From positions 87,699 to 151,698 of the forward strand of contig JBBTSE010000007.1 in the NCBI GenBank assembly GCA_038064855.1: a stretch of 64,000 bases of DNA. Direction: 5' to 3'. This document shows positions 28,680-37,199 of this stretch, in pieces. The translations under genes and the position numbers were made by a program. This stretch comes from Patescibacteria group bacterium (GTDB taxonomy: Bacteria > Patescibacteriota > Minisyncoccia > Ryanbacterales > GWA2-47-10b). The notes under the pieces are model-generated. The model saw only the letters and a program-made list of their open reading frames with translations, did no database searches and was not told the DNA's origin. How positions within the stretch are numbered: the stretch's first letter is position 1; each line of letters opens with the position of its first letter.

Positions 28680-29599
28680 TGCAAGATGATGATACCAACC
28701 ACGCCATTTAGTGCAAGTAAAATCCAAAAGGCATTTGGATGATGAGCGAGTGGGATATTGGTAATATTCATACCAAAGAGATTAATGACCACTTGCAACG
28801 GAAGCAATATAAAAGATACTGCTGTCAGAAATCTCACCGCTTCGTTGACACTTACTGACAAGAGCGAGACATTGGTCTCGTAGATGACATTGAGTGTCGC
28901 GCGCAGATCTTCGACGATGTTCCAAAGTTGTGTATACTCGCCGAGGATATCATTGAAATAAGGGGACGCATCAGGTCCAAAAAATTTCTTGCCGTGTTCA
29001 GCGAGCGATTTGAGCACCGTCTCTTGTGGCTTGAGGGCTTTTTGAAAATTGAGAATATCACGACGCAATCCCGATATTTCTTGGAGCGCCGAGCGTTCGT
29101 TGCCACTAAATACTTTTTCTTGCACGGCGTCTATTCGTTTTTCAAGCACACGAAGCTCGTCGCGCGATGCGGCAAAAAGCTGTTTAATGATCTGGTAGAG
29201 GAGCTGACCTGATGATCTGCCAAATTTGCGTTCCCGGACCGCTTCGTGCCCTGCCAAAAATTGCTGGAAATCATCGAGATGGGGGATGTCCTCATAATGG
29301 ACCGTGATGAGCGTATAGGGAAAGATGACAAAATCAATCTCACGACTCAAAGTAGCGGTTGTTTTCTTGTCGCACACAGGAAAATGCAACACCAAATAGA
29401 GATGATCGTCGTAGTCTTCAAGTTTTGGGCGATAGGTCGCCGTCAAAAGCTCTTGGGCAACGAGTGGATGAATACTATACCGGTGAACTAAATCACCGAT
29501 TTTTTCTTCCGTCGGTTGCTCAAGATCTATCCAAGAGACATGTCGTGATGACACTTTGTCCATGGCTCCAGTATACCCGATATTTTCCCTTGCCCGCAA
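28652..29599 (-). CDS. corA: magnesium/cobalt transporter CorA
   Basis: Cytoplasmic domain plus two C-terminal TM helices with GMN signature (LFGMNITNIP). Confidence 0.85.
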   Translation of the reverse strand: MRARENIGYTGAMDKVSSRHVSWIDLEQPTEEKIGDLVHRYSIHPLVAQELLTATYRPKLEDYDDHLYLVLHFPVCDKKTTATLSREIDFVIFPYTLITVHYEDIPHLDDFQQFLAGHEAVRERKFGRSSGQLLYQIIKQLFAASRDELRVLEKRIDAVQEKVFSGNERSALQEISGLRRDILNFQKALKPQETVLKSLAEHGKKFFGPDASPYFNDILGEYTQLWNIVEDLRATLNVIYETNVSLLSVSVNEAVRFLTAVSFILLPLQVVINLFGMNITNIPLAHHPNAFWILLALNGVVGIIILQWLRQKDWL

Positions 29600-29628
29600 T
29601 ACAAAAGTATGGGAAACTAGTGAGGATT

Positions 29629-30849
29629 ATGGGTAATGAGCGGCGTTTTTTTGTTTTTGTTACAGCGTTGGTGATTGTCACTAGTTCTTTCGGCATTGGC
29701 GCATGGTTCGGATTCAATGAGCGCGCTTCGATCGAGCGAGTGTTGGGCGTCGTAAACCAATTGCCATCGGGCGATCTTACTGAAAAACTAAAAGAGGTTG
29801 ATTTTGAACCATTTTGGAAGGCATGGGAGGCAGTCGAGCGCAAACATATCACTGATAATCCTATCGATCGGCAGGCGATGGTGTGGGGTGCTATTCAAGG
29901 TATGGTGGGGAGCTTAGGCGATCCGTATACCGTCTTTTTTCCACCCAAAGATCATGAAGATTTTCAGAGTGAAATCAAGGGCGAGTTCTCGGGTATCGGC
30001 GCGGAGATTGGTATCCGCAAAGAAATTTTGACTGTTATCGCGCCAATCAAAGGTTCTCCGTCAGAACGCGCGGGACTCAAAGCGGGTGATAAGGTGCTCA
30101 AGATTGATGATGCCTACACTGAAAATCTTACGCTCGATCAAGCAATTCATAAGATCAGGGGTGAGCGAGGCACGAAAGTCGTGCTTACGATAGCGCGTAC
30201 CGGTGAAGATAAACCGCGCGAAATTTCTATCATGCGTGATGTTATCCGCATGCCCATTATCGTTACAGAAAAGAAAGGCGATGTCTTTGTGGTTACACTC
30301 TTTAGTTTCTCGCAGAATTCGAGCGAAGAATTTCAAAAAGCCGTCCGCGAGTTTTTGCGATCAGGTGCTAGCAAGTTTGTGCTCGATCTTCGTAATAACC
30401 CCGGTGGGTATCTCCATAGTTCAGTCGATATCGCAAGCTGGTGGTTGCCCGAGGGCGAGGTGGTTGCGCGTGAAGAATTTCGTAATCGTGAAGCAACTAT
30501 TTACCGTAGCGCAGGTTTTGGAGCGCTCGAAAAAATACCTACGGTTTTGCTGGTCAACCAAGGTTCCGCGTCAGCGTCAGAGATTCTGGCAGGAGCACTC
30601 CAAGAGCACAAAAAAGCGACCATTATTGGTGAACGAACATTTGGCAAGGGCTCAGTACAAGAGCTTGAAGACATTACCGACAAGACTTCGCTCAAAATCA
30701 CCATCGCACGATGGACGACACCATCAGGTAAGTCGATTTCCAAAGAAGGACTCGCGCCTGATATCGAGGTTAAGTTCGATCCCCAAGGCGATCCTGCAAA
30801 AGACATACAGCTCGAACGCGCCCTTGAGCACTTGCGCACCACGCGCTAG
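29629..30849 (+). CDS. ctpA: carboxyl-terminal processing protease (S41) with PDZ domain
   Basis: Signal anchor after internal Met MGNERRFFVF; PDZ (GAEIGIRKEI...GDKVLKIDD) and S41 catalytic region (GSASASEILAGAL, K dyad partner). Confidence 0.85.
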   Translation: MGNERRFFVFVTALVIVTSSFGIGAWFGFNERASIERVLGVVNQLPSGDLTEKLKEVDFEPFWKAWEAVERKHITDNPIDRQAMVWGAIQGMVGSLGDPYTVFFPPKDHEDFQSEIKGEFSGIGAEIGIRKEILTVIAPIKGSPSERAGLKAGDKVLKIDDAYTENLTLDQAIHKIRGERGTKVVLTIARTGEDKPREISIMRDVIRMPIIVTEKKGDVFVVTLFSFSQNSSEEFQKAVREFLRSGASKFVLDLRNNPGGYLHSSVDIASWWLPEGEVVAREEFRNREATIYRSAGFGALEKIPTVLLVNQGSASASEILAGALQEHKKATIIGERTFGKGSVQELEDITDKTSLKITIARWTTPSGKSISKEGLAPDIEVKFDPQGDPAKDIQLERALEHLRTTR

Positions 30850-30858
30850 GATACTTCT

Positions 30859-31308
30859 ATGAAAGTCATTCTCCTCAAAGATGTTCCTCAGCTCGGCCAA
30901 CAGGGGAGGATTCTCACGGTAAAAGATGGCTACGGGCGCAATTTTTTGATACCCCAAGGCCTCGCTCGCGAGGCAGATAAAAAAGCAGTAAAAATGGTGG
31001 AAGACACCAAAGTAGCTCAAGCGCGCCGGCTTGCCGAAAAGGCTGAAGCTCTCGAAGCAGAGAAGAAAGCTTTGAGTCAGGTGGCATTAGTATTTCATAA
31101 GCCAGCAAATGAGCACGGCCATTTGTTTGCCGCAGTCACTGCCGATGATGTCATCGCTGAACTCCGCCGTCGCCGGTTTCATACCATTGAAAAAGATCAG
31201 CTTTGGGGCTTGCCGATCAAGCTCGTGGGCAAACACGATGTAGAGATCAAGATGAAAAAAGAGCGCATGTATATTTCGGTGCGCGTCGAGGCGGAAAAGA
31301 AAAAATAA
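30859..31308 (+). CDS. rplI: 50S ribosomal protein L9
   Basis: MKVILLKDVPQLGQQGRILTVKDGYGRNFLIPQGLA matches L9 N-domain. Confidence 0.85.
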   Translation: MKVILLKDVPQLGQQGRILTVKDGYGRNFLIPQGLAREADKKAVKMVEDTKVAQARRLAEKAEALEAEKKALSQVALVFHKPANEHGHLFAAVTADDVIAELRRRRFHTIEKDQLWGLPIKLVGKHDVEIKMKKERMYISVRVEAEKKK

Positions 31309-31310
31309 AT

Positions 31311-32939
31311 ATGCGTAAATATATCTTTGTAACTGGCGGGGTTATGTCGGGTATTGGCAAGGGCGTCGCTACCGCATCGCTTGCCAAGATTTTACAGTCC
31401 TATGGCTTTCGGGTGTCGGCGATGAAGATCGATCCGTACATCAATATCGATGCCGGTACGATGAATCCGACCGAACACGGTGAGGTATTTGTGACGGATG
31501 ATGGTCTTGAATGCGATCAAGACATTGGCAACTATGAGCGTTTTTTGGGTATTTCACTCCATCGCGTCAATTATATGACGACAGGCATGGTGTATCTTTC
31601 GATGATTCAGAAAGAACGCAACCTCGAATACGGTGGTAAATGTGTACAGGTGGTACCTCATGTGCCCGAAGAAGTTATCATGCGCGTTGAGAAAGCTGCC
31701 GAGAGTACCAAATCAGATATTATGCTTATCGAGATTGGCGGTACGGTAGGGGATTATGAAAATCTTTTGTTCTTGGAGGCGGCGCGCATCATGAAGTTGC
31801 GCAAACCTGGTAATGTGCTTTTTGTACTTGTTAGCTATTTGCCGGTACCAGGTGTCATTGGTGAGATGAAGACTCGCCCAACCCAACACGCCTCGCGCGC
31901 GCTCAATGTCGCTGGTATTCAGGCAGATATTATTCTTGCGCGTTCGGCCGTACCCATCGATAAACCTCGTAAAGAAAAGCTTTCGTTTGCGCTCAACTTG
32001 CGTGACGAAGATATTATATCGGCACCGGATGTAAAATCTATCTACGAAGTTCCACTCAATTTTGAAAAAGATCAGCTTGGTACTATTGTGCTCAAGAAGC
32101 TCGGTCTCAAAAAGAAAAAAACGGATCTGCGTGAATGGAAAAAACTTGTATCTACTATCCGCAATACTAAAAAACCTCGTGTGCGTGTCGGTATCGTAGG
32201 TAAATATTTTACCACCGGTGCGTTTGTACTTTCTGATTCATATCTCTCGGTCATTGAAGCACTCAAACATGCCGCATGGTCTTGCAAGCATGAGGCAGAA
32301 ATTTTATGGCTTGATGCTGAAGAATACGAAAAACATCCCGAAAAACTCAGCGAGCTCAAAGTGCTTGATGGCGTGGTAGTACCGGGCGGGTTTGGTTCAC
32401 GAGGTATCGAGGGCAAGATCAAAGTGATCGAGTTTTGTCGTAAAGAGAAGATACCGTTTTTTGGTCTTTGCTACGGTCTTCAGCTTGCGGTCGTAGAATA
32501 CGCGCGCAATGTAGCCAAGCTTGAAGGTGCGCACACCGAAGAGATCACCAGAAAAAGCGAATATCCGGTGATTCATATCTTGCCCGAACAGCAAGCACTT
32601 TTGGATAAGAAAGATTACGGCGGCTCAATGCGTCTAGGCCTTTACGATTGTAAGATTACTAAGAACACGATTGCCGCGCGTGCGTACGGCAAAGACAAGA
32701 TCAAAGAACGCCATCGCCACCGCTACGAGGTAAATGCGCAGTTTTTGCCGAAGCTGATAAAGAGGGGACTAGTAGTTTCTGGTATCAACCCTCAGCGCAA
32801 TTTAGTAGAAATAATCGAACTTGTAGGTCATCCATTTTTTGTAGGTACGCAATTTCATCCTGAACTTATATCACGCCCACTCACACCACATCCGCTCTTT
32901 TGCGAATTCATCCGCGCAGCCATCAAGAGGCATAAATAG
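31311..32939 (+). CDS. pyrG: CTP synthase
   Basis: MRKYIFVTGGVMSGIGKGVATASL synthetase N-term and C-terminal GATase domain (GLCYGLQ, H..E triad); start at internal Met. Confidence 0.9.
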   Translation: MRKYIFVTGGVMSGIGKGVATASLAKILQSYGFRVSAMKIDPYINIDAGTMNPTEHGEVFVTDDGLECDQDIGNYERFLGISLHRVNYMTTGMVYLSMIQKERNLEYGGKCVQVVPHVPEEVIMRVEKAAESTKSDIMLIEIGGTVGDYENLLFLEAARIMKLRKPGNVLFVLVSYLPVPGVIGEMKTRPTQHASRALNVAGIQADIILARSAVPIDKPRKEKLSFALNLRDEDIISAPDVKSIYEVPLNFEKDQLGTIVLKKLGLKKKKTDLREWKKLVSTIRNTKKPRVRVGIVGKYFTTGAFVLSDSYLSVIEALKHAAWSCKHEAEILWLDAEEYEKHPEKLSELKVLDGVVVPGGFGSRGIEGKIKVIEFCRKEKIPFFGLCYGLQLAVVEYARNVAKLEGAHTEEITRKSEYPVIHILPEQQALLDKKDYGGSMRLGLYDCKITKNTIAARAYGKDKIKERHRHRYEVNAQFLPKLIKRGLVVSGINPQRNLVEIIELVGHPFFVGTQFHPELISRPLTPHPLFCEFIRAAIKRHK

Positions 32940-32945
32940 GTGTAT

Positions 32946-32974
32946 ATTGACAAATATATAAAAATCTGATATAA
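32946..32974 (+). promoter_or_regulatory. consensus sigma70-type promoter
   Basis: TTGACA (32946-32951), 17-nt spacer, TATAAT (32969-32974); downstream GGAGAGAGGA Shine-Dalgarno 7 nt before ATG at 33041. Confidence 0.65.
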
Positions 32975-33040
32975 TGTATATCAGGTAACTTTGGCATGCT
33001 CTGGCGGCGGATGCTGTGGAGCGAGAGAGGAGAGAGGATC

Positions 33041-33343
33041 ATGCTGTTCTTTGCAACTTTGGGATATGGGGTCGTGGTGCTGGTGGCGATGCTGCTCGTG
33101 CCGCGTACGGCATTTGTGACGGGTACCATCGCTACTGCGATGGGGATGGGCTGGATCGGCTGGCCCATCAGCGACTTCCCGACATTTGTGCTCGCGCATA
33201 TTCTCGTCTTCGGTATTGGCGGACTCGCCGCCTGCCTCGACGGTCACTACTGGTACATGCGTCACAAGCACCGGCAACAGGCGATTCTTCTCGATGAGGA
33301 GGATGTCGATGGGGAGCCCGAGGCTGCGGACGCACGCGCCTGA
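33041..33343 (+). CDS. small polytopic membrane protein, hypothetical
   Basis: ~100 aa, three hydrophobic helices then acidic tail; strong SD; start chosen at SD-preceded Met within the 32996 ORF. Confidence 0.4.
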   Translation: MLFFATLGYGVVVLVAMLLVPRTAFVTGTIATAMGMGWIGWPISDFPTFVLAHILVFGIGGLAACLDGHYWYMRHKHRQQAILLDEEDVDGEPEAADARA

Positions 33344-33381
33344 CCTCACAACCAATCGGCGCCTACAGGCGTCACAACAGA

Positions 33382-33413
33382 AAAGGACCTTTCGCATCAG
33401 CGGAAGGTCCTTT
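33382..33413. terminator. putative bidirectional terminator between small membrane gene and rpmA
   Basis: AAAGGACC...GGTCCTTT inverted repeat with T-rich flanks on both strands. Confidence 0.5.
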
Positions 33414-33434
33414 TAACTTTTATATGAGAAGTAT

Positions 33435-33707
33435 TTAGACAACGCTGACCAATTTTCTGATGACCGTGGTGCCATCAAAGTGGCGTTTACGCATGTCAGA
33501 AAATTTTACTTTACCTGCATGCATTGCGAAAAGGGTGTCGTCCTTGCCTTTACGCACACCAAGTCCTGGGATAAAGTGGCTACCGCGCTGACGGATGATA
33601 ATCGAGCCGGTTTTGGCAACCTGCCCACCAAAAAGCTTCACCCCGAGGTATTGGGGGTTTGAGTCGCGTAGGTTTGTCGTTGATCCACCTGCTTTTGTAT
33701 GTGCCAT
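33435..33707 (-). CDS. rpmA: 50S ribosomal protein L27
   Basis: [29 protein letters not shown]... matches L27; 90 aa. Confidence 0.9.
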   Translation of the reverse strand: MAHTKAGGSTTNLRDSNPQYLGVKLFGGQVAKTGSIIIRQRGSHFIPGLGVRKGKDDTLFAMHAGKVKFSDMRKRHFDGTTVIRKLVSVV

Positions 33708-33751
33708 AGTTAAATATTAGCGATAAAATATAACTCAATTACAATAGATAT

Positions 33752-34084
33752 ATGCTACATCAGTTTATCGAAAAGATCAAGGGCTTGATAGAAATGTATT
33801 TTTGGGGATTCGCTCTCTTTTTGGCGGTTGTCCTTTTGGTGGGGGTATGGCGCCTTTTTGCGGTACAACAGGCCCTATTTGAACCAAAACTGGTACCAAA
33901 TGCCTTTGAAATACTACTTGATGGACGGGTTGAGGGGGATTTTGTGGCGAGCAAAAATGGCACCGTATATTACCCCAAAGCGTGCAAATCAGCCTCACGG
34001 ATCAAGGAAGAAAACCGCCTCTTTTTTGCCTCTGCACTAGAGGCCGAGGGCGCCGGCTTTCGGCGTAGTGCGCAGTGCAAATGA
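33752..34084 (+). CDS. membrane-anchored Ada zinc-binding-domain-like protein
   Basis: N-terminal TM helix; C-terminal segment FVASKNGTVYYPKACKSASRIKEENRLFFASALEAEGAGFRRSAQC parallels Ada N-terminal metal-binding domain (FCRPSCRAR...ENVSFYANASEALAAGFRPCKRC), with some Cys substituted. Confidence 0.45.
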   Translation: MLHQFIEKIKGLIEMYFWGFALFLAVVLLVGVWRLFAVQQALFEPKLVPNAFEILLDGRVEGDFVASKNGTVYYPKACKSASRIKEENRLFFASALEAEGAGFRRSAQCK

Positions 34085-34091
34085 TAAGACA

Positions 34092-35264
34092 CTAGGCGGG
34101 GCTCTCTTCATCGGGTAGTGCGTTTTTGGTAGACGCTTTGAGCATCGTAAATCGTTTGACGATGCGTGCTTCAGCGAGCAGGCGCTCATGAAGATCTTCG
34201 GGCAGTTTTGGTAAAAGTTTTTTTAGTTTTTTATCATCGGGGGATAGTATATGTTGCCAAAAGTCTGTAGGCTCAAGGATTGAGGTGATTTTAGTCGCAT
34301 CCCAGCTGGTGCGCTCTTGTGTCGAGCGTGCGAGTGATCCACCCTCACCAAACACACGATCAAGTTTTTGTGCATCAAGATATTGGTTGATGCTAGCGGT
34401 GATCTCTGAAAGTCTATCTTCCCGTTCGCCAATCTCGCGTTTGAGCGTAAAGTATTCTTTGATCAGGGGACGCGCATCATCAGGCGGCGCATCTTTTTCT
34501 TGCGCACGGTACAGATGCCGCCACGCGGGGCAGATGGATTTATATCCACACCAATCGCAAAGCGCGTTTGGCTTGGCGGGGAATTCCTTTGTCTCAATGC
34601 GCGCTTCGATCGAATGGATGGTATCTAAAATTTGTTGGCGTGTGTTATCAAGATCTTGGCGCGTGCGGCGGGTGACAAGCTTTTCGCCTGCTTTCATAAA
34701 GTAAAGTGCGAGCGTTACATGTTCGGGATCGATATGTGGCCACTTTTTTTCGAGTGCCAGCTGGTAGATGGCCAGCTGCATATTGGCATCGACTGTTTCT
34801 TGGGCGGGAAGTTTGCGCGAAGTTTTATAATCAATAATTTCAAATAAACCTTCACCGGTTTTATCGATGCGATCGATACTGCCGGCGATGGTGTGGGTGA
34901 TGCCCGTCTTCGGGTCTTCGAGCGGTACCTCAAAGCGTGATTCTAGATCTATAACATCAAAGTTCCACGGTGGATTTTTTTCATAATACACGCGTATCAT
35001 GCGCTCACCAGATTCCAAGTACCGCGCCTTGTCAGCATCAGCGACTGATTGGCTATCAGCAAATGATTCACGAAAATGCGCCAATACCTCTTCAAGAGTC
35101 GGAAAGAGGGGATCCCGAGAAAACATAAAGCGCATAGCACTATGTATAGAAGTACCAAAAATAGACTCTTTGCCTTTGGGTACGCGTTTGTGCTCAATAT
35201 GCTCGTACTCATATTTCTGCGGGCACTGATTGTATGTTTCGAGCGCTGAAAATGAAACTCTCAT
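34092..35264 (-). CDS. PD-(D/E)XK nuclease family protein (RecB/Cas4-like fold with Cys cluster)
   Basis: Motifs D..IDRID...EIIDYKTS (PD-D/ExK) and C-terminal CDWCGYKSICP plus N-terminal Cys; no CRISPR nearby. Confidence 0.7.
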   Translation of the reverse strand: MRVSFSALETYNQCPQKYEYEHIEHKRVPKGKESIFGTSIHSAMRFMFSRDPLFPTLEEVLAHFRESFADSQSVADADKARYLESGERMIRVYYEKNPPWNFDVIDLESRFEVPLEDPKTGITHTIAGSIDRIDKTGEGLFEIIDYKTSRKLPAQETVDANMQLAIYQLALEKKWPHIDPEHVTLALYFMKAGEKLVTRRTRQDLDNTRQQILDTIHSIEARIETKEFPAKPNALCDWCGYKSICPAWRHLYRAQEKDAPPDDARPLIKEYFTLKREIGEREDRLSEITASINQYLDAQKLDRVFGEGGSLARSTQERTSWDATKITSILEPTDFWQHILSPDDKKLKKLLPKLPEDLHERLLAEARIVKRFTMLKASTKNALPDEESPA

Positions 35265-35317
35265 GTACCTAGTCTACAGGAAAACCAGCGGCAGGGAGAA
35301 GGGCTTTCTCAATAGAT

Positions 35318-35346
35318 AACAGGTCGCACAAACCTAGTTTGTCGAC
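35318..35346. repeat. palindromic element copy A (TAACAGGTCGCACAAAC-CTAG-TTTGTCGAC)
   Basis: Imperfect inverted repeat centred on CTAG; 15-mer TAACAGGTCGCACAA repeated at 36128. Confidence 0.4.
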
Positions 35347-35352
35347 ACTCGT

Positions 35353-35384
35353 ACAAAAACAAGCAAAAACCGCCTTTCGGCGGT
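35353..35384 (-). terminator. rho-independent terminator oriented on minus strand
   Basis: On minus strand: ACCGCC-gaaa-GGCGGT hairpin followed by TTTTTGCTTGTTTTTG. Confidence 0.5.
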
Positions 35385-35632
35385 ATTGCTTCAAATCATC
35401 TCTTGATTTCTCGTACTAGGATGATCAAGAGAATTAGTGTAAGTATCGTCATATTGGTTTTTACCAAAATGGCGAACTGTATGGACTGGAAACCGATCTT
35501 CCTTCAAAACGGTTTCCAAAACAAATAGTAAATCAATCTTGACCTAGGTCAATATGCTGAGGGTCTTTAGCTGCTAATATATTTGTCGGGTTAAAAAGAG
35601 CAAAAAACTAGGAAAAATTGTAGTATGAAAGA

Positions 35633-36106
35633 ATGCAAAACTTCTTCTTATACTTGCAGCAGCTCGCGCTCTTGGCAAAAGATGATCCAGCCTCCATTTT
35701 ACTCTTACTCACGCTACTTTTTAGTATGTTGATTGTATGGTGGGGACGAAAGAAGACAAGATTGGAACTTATTAAAACAGAATCATTATTCTCAATTAGC
35801 ATAACCAACGCAAGTAAAGATTGGCGTATACAAATAGGCGAGTACGGCTATAAGACTTGGAACGGCCTGATACGTCGCAAGGGGCGTGATTCTGTAAACA
35901 TTGATGGATACCTCGGTCCAAGCAATCAGATTAATTTAGATTTTTTTGAAGATGGCCGGCCTGAGTTGATAGATACTAAAGCTATTTATTATATCTATGC
36001 CGAGGACACAACAGGAAAAGTTTACAGGAAATATAGTAAATTTTTTCTGATCAGTTGGATCATAAGATTATTCTTCTGGGTAAAAAGTAAGACCAAAACT
36101 CCCTAG
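35633..36106 (+). CDS. hypothetical membrane protein in AT-rich islet
   Basis: 157-aa ORF with one TM helix; low-GC relative to flanks; a minus-oriented terminator downstream makes strand assignment uncertain. Confidence 0.3.
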   Translation: MQNFFLYLQQLALLAKDDPASILLLLTLLFSMLIVWWGRKKTRLELIKTESLFSISITNASKDWRIQIGEYGYKTWNGLIRRKGRDSVNIDGYLGPSNQINLDFFEDGRPELIDTKAIYYIYAEDTTGKVYRKYSKFFLISWIIRLFFWVKSKTKTP

Positions 36107-36127
36107 GGGAGTAGGTTTTCGAGAAAT

Positions 36128-36160
36128 GTAACAGGTCGCACAACATAGATTTTGCGACCT
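36128..36160. repeat. palindromic element copy B (TAACAGGTCGCACAAC...TGCGACCT)
   Basis: Perfect 8-bp inverted repeat AGGTCGCA/TGCGACCT with 12-nt spacer; shares 15-mer with copy A; lies between hypothetical + ORF end and NUDIX stop. Confidence 0.4.
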
Positions 36161-36608
36161 ATCTACCATCTACTGTAATAACAAAGAACTTTTTATTTTT
36201 TACCCACGCAGTAATTACTTTGAATAAAGGCTTGGGTAATGCACTCACCTTTTGTGTCTTGGCTACAGGAATCCAATGAAATTCCAAATGATCTTCTTGT
36301 GAGCGTATTTCGTATTTTGACGGTTTTACTAAATACACCATATTTATCTCGTGGCGGTTTTTCTTTCCATCGTAGTAAAAGTTCTCGACCATACCTACAA
36401 GAGTCTGTTTTTTGACTGAAATTCCTAATTCTTCTTTTATCTCTCTTTTTAACGCGTCATCGCATGTCTCAAACATCTCAATATGACCGCCAGGCAAAAA
36501 GTATCGTTTGGTACCTATGCCAGTGCATAGTAGAATTTTTCCACGATGAATGATGATCGCGCGCGTTATAAGTTCTGGGTTTTTAGCTATACTATGATTT
36601 GTCTTCAT
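36159..36608 (-). CDS. NUDIX hydrolase
   Basis: Nudix box GGHIEMFETCDDALKREIKEELGI (Gx5Ex7REUxEExGU). Confidence 0.8.
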   Translation of the reverse strand: MKTNHSIAKNPELITRAIIIHRGKILLCTGIGTKRYFLPGGHIEMFETCDDALKREIKEELGISVKKQTLVGMVENFYYDGKKNRHEINMVYLVKPSKYEIRSQEDHLEFHWIPVAKTQKVSALPKPLFKVITAWVKNKKFFVITVDGR

Positions 36609-36937
36609 TGTCTAGGGGGTTATTAATCCTTTAATAACCGATTATGAACATTTTATCAACCTCCAGCACACAAGAATCGCTAAAATAGGGCTTGCAAGGT
36701 ATTTTTGGCGGGTTGATAGTGAGGGTAGATAAGGTTCCTTTTTTGCACGAGGGTCTCCCCTAGCGACCAATAAAAGAGGCTAGAAAATTGCATACTTTTG
36801 CAGGCTCGCACTCGAGCGCAAAGCTCATGAGCGCACAAAAGCTCGCGAAAAGCTCTGCACCATTCGCCTACAAACTTATTTTCGTATTTATTTGGGAGCC
36901 CTCATGCAAGAACGGGACTTTTTTTATTTATCCGATT

Positions 36938-37177
36938 TTACTTCCAGAGTCCTGATACGAGATCCCAAACTTTCCAAAAGAGTGCGGCCGCATAGTTTAT
37001 CCAAACCCATTTAATACCTTCCCAGAGAAACATAAAGTTTTCGGAAAGAGTTTTGTTGTTTACTAGTGAGCTTAAAGATACGCCAAGTAAACTCAAAATC
37101 ACCACCGAAAGGACGATGATAATGCCGAGCTGTATGATGCCTTTGCTGTAGCGTGTGGCGCGATTGGTACGGTTCAT
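36938..37177 (-). CDS. possible small membrane protein
   Basis: 79-aa ORF from internal Met with two hydrophobic segments, downstream of M23 peptidase gene; weak. Confidence 0.2.
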   Translation of the reverse strand: MNRTNRATRYSKGIIQLGIIIVLSVVILSLLGVSLSSLVNNKTLSENFMFLWEGIKWVWINYAAALFWKVWDLVSGLWK

Positions 37178-37199
37178 TGGTTTTAGTATATCAAGTATT

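Noticed and set aside
30203-30862. 219-aa + strand ORF overlapping ctpA in another frame
   Set aside because: ctpA frame carries PDZ and S41 motifs. The alternative frame is Arg/Ser-rich with no domain signal.
35624-35634. Alternative upstream ATG for the 35633 hypothetical ORF
   Set aside because: The upstream ATG is in a different frame (8-nt offset), so it cannot extend the ORF.
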